From assembly GCF_000485595.1 (NCBI RefSeq), contig NW_014577072.1, forward strand, positions 1,104,124 through 1,124,123: DNA of 20,000 nucleotides, read 5' to 3'. The notes beneath the pieces are model-generated. The model was not told the DNA's origin and made no database searches. It saw only the letters and a list, made by a program, of their open reading frames with translations. Origin of the DNA: Priapulus caudatus. Lineage: Eukaryota. Below are positions 1-11,400 of the stretch, one piece after another. The position numbers were made by a program, and so were the translations under genes. Within the stretch, counting starts at the first letter, position 1. The number at the start of each line of letters is the position of its first letter.

Positions 1-53
1 TTGCCGAGCTGGAACGCCTTAATCCACACTGGGACGACGAGCTGCTCTATCAG
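1..53 (+). CDS. Peroxidase exon (domain 1): [17 protein letters not shown]
   Basis: NPHW motif; donor GTATGT at 54. Confidence 0.9.
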
Positions 54-1737
54 GTATGTACGGATACCGTATAGGTTACTTATAGTAGGGAAACCTGTAA
101 TTTACATAAACGACTTCATAGCATATCTATATGGTAGTATAATTTAGCAAGTATACATACAGCAATTTACTATTACTTGTATAGAGAGAAGGGGAAGGGG
201 GGATAGGGAGATGGGGAAAATGAAAAATATGCGGTTACTGATTATGATTATTTTTGAATCACACAAAGAGGTGTTATAGTGGCATGAAAACAGTTCACAT
301 GATCACATCGATGCGGCGATTGTTCAGTAGAGTAATCTATTCTAAATGTCGCATGTAAACTCTAATGCAATAGAATCGAAGGAAATTGTTTACCTAAAAG
401 ACTGCCTAATACACACCAAAGCCAGTTTGTGGTTCACATAATCAGAAGTTACAAAAACCAGCGCGCATGCAGCTGTCATAGTGACATTATGCCATTTTCT
501 GATGCTTATCGTGGCACAGGAAGCAAGAAAGATCGTAGGAGCGGAACTTCAGCACATCACATTCAGTGAATGGCTTCCGATTGTACTCGGAAGAGAGGAG
601 ATGAGCCGTCACGCCGAGGATCTATCACTGGTACGTTTTCACTAAAGCTATACGTGACGTTGCAGTATATCTACAGACGGCACTCGTGTCTTTGTCGAGC
701 GACACTGTTTGTCTAAAAGAACCCATGAGACCTTGAGATCACGCGTGAACACCCTTCACTTTTTCTATTTATTTTTCTTAATAGCAGGATGAACAATTAT
801 GAAATCGATCGAGTCCTAACATTTGTCAACTGACTATAACTCGAGCATTAATAAATTACATATGTAGTGCTTAGTTTAGCGTTAATATTTCCCTGTGTCA
901 CGTCCACGATGACGAATGACTGAGGTTTACTTTCTTCTCGTGCAGGCGAAAGATGGCTATTACGATGGCTACGATATTAACAGAGACCCAGGAATCTACA
1001 ACGAGTTCGCGACGGCTGCGTTCCGCTTCGGCCACACCCTCATTCCCAGCTTCCTCAACCGTGTGGATCCGCCACTGACGCACGCTGAACCGCTGTTAAT
1101 GCGCAATGCCTTCTTCAGCCCTTCCACGATCTACCGAACGGACGCCACCGGTGGCATCGACGCCATCTTGAGAGGAATGTGCGCACAGAACGTGGAGAGG
1201 GCCGACATGAAGGTCACGACCGAAATCCGAGACCACTTGTTTCAGGTACTGGTCTCTTTCTCTCCGGAATGTGAGGCTGTGTAAATATTCGTCAATGTGT
1301 GTCTGCCTACTTGCTAGGACGGAGTAGTCGATCGGTGCTACGAGGGCTTTTCCGAACGATCATATCATCACCCGTAATGTAACACTTTTCAGGAACATGG
1401 TAAGAGGTACGGAATGGACCTGATTTCGCTTAACATCCAGAGAGGAAGAGACCACGGCCTTCCTGGCTACAACACTTACAGACATATGTGTGGTCTTCCT
1501 CTTGCTAAAAACTTTAACGACCTGAGGGATGTAATGGATGAAGAAAGCATCATAGGGTTTAAACGCATATATAGGTAAAAACCAATTATGTTATTTGATT
1601 TTTGCTGCTAAGTATGAAAACGCGTGACAACTTGGGAATTAACTTTGAAAGAGACAAAGGAACAAAGAGAAAAGGAGAGAGAGAGTGACAGAGAGAGAAA
1701 GAGAGAGAGAGAGAGAGAGGCGCACGGAGAGAGAGAA

Positions 1738-1817
<80 letters not shown>

Positions 1818-4800
1818 ACGAAAGCGAGAACGAGAGGGAGGGGAGAGCGAGCGATCAAGATCGGATTAGAGAGATAGGAAACCACCAACCTTTTATTAAC
1901 CCTGCGTTACCGTTGTCATGCAGCAACGTCGACGACATCGACTTCTTCACGGCCGGCCTCGCCGAGCGTAAGCTGAACGGCGCGCTGCTCGGCCCGACGT
2001 TCGCCTGCATCATCGGCCGACAGTTCACGGCCCTGCGACGCGGCGACCGTCTATGGTACGAGAACAACGACGCCGTCAGCCGCTTCTCTCCCGAGCAGCT
2101 GGCCGAGATCCGCCATGTGACGCTCTCGAGCGTGCTGTGCAACGTCGCCGACAACATCACCCGCGCTCAGCCACAGATCTTCCTCATGCCCGACATGTTC
2201 ACGTAAGTCACATTAGCGGGCGCGCGCGGGGGGTAGGTTCACTGTAGACGCTCGCGCTGCGGTGTGGTGAAGGGAGTCCGGTGTTTTAACGCAATGCGAG
2301 AAAAGATGGCGGTAGGGCGATCTGGGGGTCGTCGTCAGAAACATCGTAAAGTTGATGCTAATGTTAATGCTAAGATAGCACTTAAGACTACTGTTAATAC
2401 TAATTTTGTTTTTGACAACGGGCCCCAGATGTATGGGCTGTGGTATATGGGGTTAGTAGATATACTATACGTTTGTAGGTCGTTTTGGCGCGCGCGTTTG
2501 TGTGTGCGCGTGCATGCGTGCGTAGGTGCTTGTCGTTGTGTGCGCGTGCATGCGTCCGTGCGTGCTTGTCGTTGTGTGTGAGTGCATGCGTCCGTGCGTA
2601 CGTGCTTGTCGTTGTGTGTGAGTGCATGCGTCCGTGCGTAAGTGCTTGTCGTTGCGTGCGCGTGCATCCGTACGTACGTGCTTGTCGTTGTGTGCGCGTG
2701 TATGCGGGCGTAGGTGCTTGTCGTTGTGTGCGCGTGAATGCGTGCGTAGGTGCTTGTCGTTGTGTGTGAGTGCATGCATGCGTGCGTACGTGCTTGTCGT
2801 TGTGTGCGCGTGCATGCGTGCGTGCGTACGTGCTTGTCGTTGTGTGCGCGTGCATGCGTGCGTACGTGCTTGTCGTTGTGCGTGAGTGCATGCGTGCGTG
2901 CGTAGGTGCTTGTCGTTGTGTGCGCGTGTATGCATGCGTGCGTACGTGGTTGTCGTTGTGTGTGAGTGCATGCGTCCGTGCCTGCTTGTCGTTGTGTGTG
3001 AGTACATACGTCCGTGCGTGCTTGTCGTTGTGTGCGCGTGCATGCGTGCGTGCGTAGGTGCTTGTCGTTGTGTGTGAGTGCATGCATGCGTGTGTACGTG
3101 CTTGTCGTTGTGTGTGAGTGCATGCGTGCGTGCGTACGTGCTTGTCGTTGTGTGCGCGTGCATGCGTCTGTGCGTGCTTGTCGTTGTGTGTGAGTGGATA
3201 CGTCCGTGCGCGTATATGTTAATTGTGCGTGTATCTGTATGGTCGTGGTGTCTTTATTAGCAGGGTAGTTAGTTTAAACATGTTTTGTTTCATACTTCAG
3301 GAATGACTTTGTAGACTGTTCACATTTACCAATGGTGGATTTAAGCAAGTGGGAAGATACAGGTAAGATTTACGCAAATACAGCACTTACGCTCGGCATA
3401 AGGTGCGTGGGGTGACCACTGGCTTATAATCCATCCCCTTGTCATCCACCGTCTCTATGGCAACCATATTTGCGTCGACTTGCAGTCGTCATCGTTGCAA
3501 CGGTAAAATGAAAAGCGATCATCACATTTCTCCTAAATATAATTTCCTGCTAGATTTGTTTACATTGTTGACATGCATGTTTTTGTCGGCGCAGAGTACA
3601 AGATGCCGATTAGGCTGCATAGCAGTCAGGTGGCGCAATCAGTGAAGGAAGCTCACAGCAACGTCCAGAACATCGTTCAGCTAGAGAAGCAAGCCTACGA
3701 ACTCGGTAGGTCTGTCTGTGCGGCCTCATGTCACGGGTGGTAGACAGGTCGCCTGCAGCAGTTAAGATAGTTAACTTCTGCTCAACTACTCCATGCTTGC
3801 TTTTTCTGTGGCGATCTGATAGCGATGGCAAAAGTGACGGTGATAACAACCGATATGGTCATGTAGAAGACGATGATAGATAGATGAGGACGTCACGCCC
3901 TGGTGATTGCTGAGGGCAACAGAGTTTGTGGGCATATGCCTCCACCCTCTAACGATTGTAAAATTATATTCTAACCTCTGATTGCAATAGTTCAACATGA
4001 TGACGGGAGTTCGTTCTGCTGTAGGGTTCGGAAGAGTACTGAGTCCACGCGACTCTCTCAGCAGGCATGCTTCGTTCATGAAGTCAACTCCATATATCCA
4101 GCTACTGAGTCAGGCCTCCAAAGTTCTCATCAACGCTACCGGCATTCTGGTGTCGCTGTAAGTGCGCTGACACGACGAAACTCGTTTCGCGTGCGTTTTA
4201 ACGCGTGTGAACATTCCATTTCAATATTCATTTAGTTAATGTATTTAGTCCGTTAAAATGACACCGAAGCTGTATCGGACGCCTGGCTGGAATAACAGCA
4301 ATACGACATTGACATTGACATTGACATTGACATTGATATTGACATTGACATTGACATTGACATTGACATTGACATTGACATTGACGTTTGGCGGAGTCGT
4401 TGCATCGCTCGTTATCTCCTGCAGGAATTCACTGACGCGTGCTGACGTACTCGATCGTCTGGCATCCGTCTCACTGCCGGACAATCTCATTCCTCCCGAG
4501 CCTGACGCGTGTGTCGCCTCAACACCGTTCATCGCCTGTGATATCACGAGCAAGTTTCGCACGATAAGCGCACGCTGCAACAACCTAGGCGATCCTGAAG
4601 CTGGAACCGCGCTCAGGCCGCTTACTCGTGTGCTGCCACCAGCATACGATGACGGTACGTGCTAGTGTACTATATATCGTGTCTCGAAATCAGAATCTAG
4701 CATACTGCGGCAAGCATGCGTATTTTCCCAATTGCTTTTTATTCATCGTAGAACTACCCGCTCCATACTTCATAGCCAAAATTTCAAGCCACAGATTCAC

Positions 4801-6017
4801 TTTCACGTGCATTTACGCCTGAACTTATACAAGCCGTGTGTGTATGCAGGTATCAATGCTCCCCACGTTGCTGGCAACCAGGGCAGGCGTCTGCCAAGCG
4901 CCAGGTCCGTGAGCCTTCGCATTCATGAGGATATCAGCAAGTCACACCTCGCATACACACTCGCACTGATGCAGTGGGGACAGTTCGCAGATCACGACAT
5001 CACGCACACGCCACTTTCTAGAGGTATGACTAGCATAGAGAAGGAGAATAGGTTATAGAGGAAGGAAGGGAACTTGGTAGTGAGAAGGAGACGCATCGTG
5101 TGAGATAAAAAGAGAAAGAGAGGCGAGAGAGAGATAGAGAGAAATAGAGCGCATGAGAGAAAGGAAGAGAGGACGATCGCGAGCAAGAGAAAAACANNNN
5201 NNNNNNNNNNNNNNNNNNNNNNNNNNNNNNNNNNNNNNNNNNNNNNNNNNNNNNNNNNNNNNNNNNNNNNNNNNNNNNNNNNNNNNNNNNNNNNNNNNNN
5301 GGACTAGAGAGGCAGCCGACTGAGAGAACAGGGAAGAAGTCAGTGAGGGAACGCGCGGAGCAAGAGAAAAATCAATGACAAGACAACGACGAGAGAGAGA
5401 GCGCCCCGGAGGAGGAGAAAAGGAGGAGACAGAAGAGTGGGACAGGCGAGAAGAGACGAGGACGAGAGAGAGAGGGAGACGGAGAGAGGTAGAGGACAGG
5501 GGCCGTGATCAATGAGGAGAGAGTGAAGAGAGAGAAGGAGAGAGACGAGAGCGCGCGGTGATCATGACGAAGAGCTGGAGTGAGGAGAGCGAGGAAGAGA
5601 AGGAGAGAGAAGAGAGAGAGGGTGATCTGAGACGGGACCGAGAGGAGTGAGAGCGCGTTTCCATGAGAGGAGAGCCGAGATTGATGAGAAGACGAGAGAG
5701 AGCTGGCACACGAGGAGAGACCGCGGAGAGAGAGAGAGAGAGAGAGACGAGGCGTGGATCTTAAAGAGATAGCAGAGCATGAGAGAGATAGAGAGAGAAG
5801 AGAGAGAGAGAGCATGAGAAGAGAGACGAGAGAGCAGACGAGATAGATAGGGCATGAGAGAAAGGGAAGAGAGAACGCTTCGCGATAGAGAGAAAAACCA
5901 GACAGAAAGGACGACGAGGCGGGCGCCGAGAGAGACGAGAGAGAGAGCGTGATCATGAGGAGAAGAGCGAGAGAGATAGAGACGAGGCGAAGAGGAGAGA
6001 GCGAGAGCGAAGAAGAG

Positions 6018-6085
<68 letters not shown>

Positions 6086-8440
6086 AGAAAGAGAGCGAGA
6101 GAACGAGAGACAAGCAAATCGAAACACATTGCCTTTGATTAAATATTGTTATTGATATCAAAATCCAGGTTTCAACAACTCGGTGCTGGACTGCTCAAAC
6201 TGTAACAGCTTCACTACAGTCAGCACCGAATGCTTTCCCATCGAGGTGCCGAGAGACGATCCATTCTTCCCAATAACGACCCCGGAAGGAAATCGGAAAT
6301 GCATGGGCTTTGCCCGCTCTAGTCCTATTAGCCTCCGCTTTGGTAAGTCGTATAATTAATAATACATAATAATAATTATAATATTAATATTAAATTATAT
6401 ATTAAATCATAAATAAAAATTATTAATTATTAATATAAAATTATAATATTAAATATAATAATATTAATAATAGTACATAATAATATAAAGCGATTATTTA
6501 TTAATCGATGTTTAAGCTCGATGTTCTGAACATGGTTTGCATATCCATTTCGTGCGAGTGCCACTATCCAAAACATTGGAGTAAGACGCAAGAACCTTGT
6601 TCCTTTATCGAGAGTTGCGAGGATACATTTTATAAACTGAAGGGATGCATCCATTAAAAACAGGTTAAAGACACGATTGTAGGTGTTATCCTTAGTCAGA
6701 CGCATCCAACCTTTTGCGCTTAATAATAATTCAAGATTGCGCCAAGATACCATGCCGATGGAGATGGGTACCCGATCTCATATGAATGTACATATCTTAA
6801 ACTACCTTCATGCCAATTTTCATACTTTGGTCAAAAAGTGCACAATTATATCCCTTAGCTGCTGTACTATAATCGCACCAGGAATATCATAACTTCGTTT
6901 ATATATAGCGCCCTGTACGTGTGTCTTTCCCCCATGCAGGTCCTCGGCAGCAGATGAACGCCATTACGTCGTACCTAGACGCGTCCAACGTGTACGGATC
7001 GGATACATGCAGAGCGACCCTGCTGAGAGAATTCAGAGATGGTAAGCGTAAACACAAGCCATGTTAATTCTCCCGGTGTCTATAAATCTTCTCTACGCTC
7101 TTTAGCAACGGTCGCGTCCGCGACCGTGTGGAGTGCGGTAGACGCTGTAAAGACGCAACATGTTCTGCTTGCATCTATGACAAATACGCTCTCCTATGAC
7201 ACTATTTGTCATAGGAAGATTCTTCCTATGACAAATATTGGCCAGTCAACTTCGTTCCGCTTTACAGCTGAAATTCACTGCTTGCGTTCATAATAGCGCA
7301 AACTCCTATGATGCGCACAACACATACAACAATATTTGTCATAGGAAGAATCTTCCTATGACAAATAGTGTCATAGGAGAGCGTATAAAAATTATGCGTA
7401 TGTCGTATTTGTCATAGATGCTAGCAGAACAGGCTGGGACTTCAGAGCTGCCCTTCGCGTATATGCGTAAATGAGGGGAAGATGGGTTAGGGGGTAGTTT
7501 GATGCTCATCTAACATAAACACTTACGCTGTCGCAGGCAAGCTACGGACAGTGCCTAACAGCGATGGACTGAAGCCACTGCTGCCTCCGCATGCGCTCGA
7601 CGATGATTGTAAGAATGAGGACAAGGCTCTGTGCTTCCTTGCCGGCGACCTGCGCGCCAACGAGCAGCCAATGCTGTCCGTCATGCACCTGCTGTGGGTG
7701 CGCGAGCATAACAGGATCACTGAGCGGCTGACCAATCTCAACCCACACTGGAGCGACAATCAGCTGTACGAGGTGAGTGGATCGGCGAGGTATTCGTGTA
7801 TACATTGATTGATGATCGATACATTGATTGATGTATGTATTGATATGCGTACACGCGTGCCTGTGAGGGAGCGTGAGCGCGTTCGTGGGTTATCAGAAAC
7901 ACGATATTATTAATCGATTAGTAAATTAGCGAATCAAGTCTATTCGACCGATAGACTAACCAGCCGTGTGACCAAACCACACACGTACGCACGCACCTAT
8001 ACACACCATATATAGACTCTATATTTATGTGTCAGTGTGCGGCAGCGTGCGGCAGCGTGCGTGCGGTGGACATGTGTGTTGCAGAGAAGCATTTGCACGG
8101 AATTTACAGAAAATTGTCGGCAATAATAGACGAAAGAGAGTAGAGAAACATTAAGACTTTGGTAGTAAATAGATTTCGTATTTATTTAGCATTATATTTG
8201 ATTGAAACGCTGTAAGTGCCTGTGATACACACGTGCATACTTCTACAGCGATAAGAGGGCGACAGAGAGCAGAATATATATATATATATATATATATATA
8301 TCTATATAATAATTTGAGTAGTGTCGTTCTGTTTGTTCCTGCATGACTGCTAGGCGCGTGCACGAATCCGGCTGAAATTTTTAGTGCTTCATTCCTACGC
8401 ATCAGGTTCGATTCTAACAATTTACTTTTTNNNNNNNNNN

Positions 8441-8472
<32 letters not shown>

Positions 8473-11400
8473 GGGAGAGAGAGAGAGAGAGGGAGAGAGA
8501 GACAGATTCCGGATGGTGGGTAATTTTTCTCTTGTGTCTGGTTTACAGGAGGGGCGACGCATCGTCGGAGCGATGCACCAGCACATCACCTACCACGAGT
8601 TCTTGCCACGCGTGCTCGGAGTCACGACGATGGACAGATACGGATTGACATTGAAATCGTCCGGCTTCTACGACGGATACGATCCATCATGCGACGTCAC
8701 CATCTCCAACGAGTTCGCGACGGCCGCATTCCGATTTGGTCACAGTCTGATCAAGGATGTCTTCAAACGCTTCAACACCGTATTCCGCGAGAAGTACGCA
8801 CCGGTCGGACTCATATTCAACTTCTTCAATCCGGAGGTGAGTTTCTCACGAGAACAGACAGCTAACTCGACCAGCGTTATTCTCACAAAAAGAATTTTCA
8901 GCGCATTGTTTCGCTCCTTGCTCACAAACCGTCATCTTGTCTCCCATCACGCGAGCCGGTCGTCGTATTGAGGGCTGTTGGATACCGGATGATAAAGCTC
9001 ATCCACAAACATATTAGCATTCCGCATGTCTTCCGGAATTCGTCCTACGTGTGTGGCTGCCCCTGATATTCGATTTTTACCTTCAGGTGCTGCGAGACAA
9101 CACGAATGGCGGCGTTGACTCGCTGATCCGTGGCCTGATCACCGTCGTTGCCGAGAGTGCAGACCGCCATCTTGTGAAGAGTATCACCAACCACCTGTTC
9201 GAAGAGCGCGGGAAGCCATTCAGCGGACTCGACCTGGGCGCGATGAACATACAGCGAGGACGCGACCACGGCCTACACGGCTACAACGATTACAGGTGAG
9301 ATTAGCTGACAAATACAGGTGAGATTACCTGACAAATACAGGTGAGATTACCTGACAAATACAGGTGAGATTACCTGAGAATTACAGGTGAGTTTAGCTG
9401 ACAACTACAAGTGATATTAGAAGATGACAGCTACAGGGGAAATTAGCTAATAACTATAGGTGAGGTTAAATGACAACTACAGATGAACTCATGATGCGAG
9501 AACTAATATGATCTATCCGACATTCACTATTTTTATTCATTATTCTTTTGTCGTGTGCAGAGAGTCCTGTGGTCTGCATAGAGCACGTTCATTTAATGAT
9601 CTATCCCGTGAGATTTCGGACAGCAACGTCATCAACAAGCTGTCACGAACCTATGAGTGAGTATACCAGCCTGCTTACGAATGCATGACTGTGCGTAACT
9701 GCCGCACGGGCTCGGCACATGATGAACAATATGTACCTTACTGAAACGTTAACACCAGTATTAATAAATACCGTCATTGTATTTCGTTGTGTTTCCATGT
9801 AATTATTATATCGGATTAAGAGGTGTGCCGGTACACCTGCAATTACAACGCTCACAGATGATCATGCCTGTACGAGCTAAAACGTCGACAGTACGAAACA
9901 TACCTGTTTTTGTACGCACAGCACAATTGTCCTTCCTTCGCACTGCCACCGTAGACAAAAACTGATAGCTCGTGTTCTGTACGCTTAGAACCGTTGATGA
10001 CATTGACCTGTTCACGGGTGGTCTTGCTGAGGACCCGATGATGGGGGCGCTGATCGGACCCACGTTCGCCTGCATTATTGCCGAGCAGTTCCAACGTCTG
10101 CGCAAGTGCGATCGCTTCTGGTATGAAACGGGCGACCACGTAACGCGGTTCACTTCAGGTTAGTATAACTATACACTGTTCGGCTGAAACTACACTCACT
10201 AGTAGTGCATTTCAGACTAGCTATGGTATGGGGCCATAACGAGCAGAGTGACCGTACGGTTCACCTGTGCCACACACTATAAGATCAGCAGTAAGTACAC
10301 CTTCAGTGTAAACGATTGTGGTCTAGAGTGAGGTTATAACGCGAAGCAATTTTCAATGCAACGCACCTTGCATACCGCAGTACGTGTAAACGCCTACGGG
10401 TTAACTTCTTGCAGCTCAACTCACCGAGATCCGTAAGACGACACTTGCAAAGATGCTATGCGTGAATTCTGACAACATTCCCGTCATCCACCCATACGTC
10501 ATGTCGCTTCCAGACGACGTGCTGTAAGTACGCGCGCATGTCGCCATAGTTCTACTCACAGGCACTTGAAGCGTTTCAATAAAATATAATGCTAACTAAA
10601 TACGAAATCTATTTACTACCAAATTCTTAATGTTTCTATACTCTCTTTCACCTATTATTGCCGACAGTTTCCTGTCAATTCCGTCCAAATCCTACGTGCA
10701 ACCTGCCGGCGACATTTCTCTCGCGGCTCCACTGTTGCACGCTTACACTAATATATATATATTAGTGCTTACATATATATAGTGCTATATATATATAGTA
10801 TATATACAGTAGTATGTAGACATACGACGGCGGTATGTCGTATACGACCGCCGACGTTCGGCGATACGACTACCGCTATACGACCGATATAGCCGTACCG
10901 CTATACGACCGCCGTCGTTATAGATATAGTACAGTAGTAGTATGTAGTATATATAGTATATATAGTATATATATGCTATATATATTAGTGTAAGCGTGCA
11001 ACAGTGGAGCCGCGAGAGCAATGGCGCCGGCAGCGTATATTGTTGCACGCAGGATTTGACAGGAAACTGTCGGCAATAATAGGTGAAACGCACGTTATTT
11101 TTATCGTGGTCGCGACAGCACTATAATGATTTTGAATAACACTGCTTCAGTTGCATGAATTCATTAATTCGTCTATAGATAATTGAAGTCGGTGTGCGAT
11201 GCTTAACAAATACTGTTGACTCTACAGAAACGCGCCTATCGCCTGCGACACGCTGGACAGTGTTAACTTGAGACATTGGCGAGAGGGCGCCTTCTGCACG
11301 GGTGTAGGTGGCAGCAGTGGTCGTGTGCGTGCAGGCACGACGCAACGCATCAGCCCCTGCAAAGCATGCTTCTGTCCGAGCAATGGCAACACGGTAAGTG

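Noticed and set aside
2335..3260. Long His/Thr/Arg- or Cys/Val-rich ORFs and a CRISPR-like look (constant core plus variable linkers)
   Set aside because: ORFs are translations of the minisatellite; linkers are near-copies of each other, not unique spacers; eukaryotic intron, no cas genes.
3363..4424. Two separate tandem peroxidase genes
   Set aside because: No stop after domain 1, no signal-peptide exon seen before domain 2, and phase-compatible open linker exons bridge the two.
5197..5300. Exon hidden in the assembly gap
   Set aside because: Flanking exons join in phase ([14 protein letters not shown]) with no obviously missing motif.
5372..6161. 251-aa and 199-aa Ser/Leu-rich ORFs (also ER/SL ORFs at 1586-1888)
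   Set aside because: Translations of (GA)n/(TC)n tracts within peroxidase introns.
9871..9973. Short inverted match ACGAGCTA...TAGCTCGT
   Set aside because: Only 8 bp and no TSD; compatible with chance.
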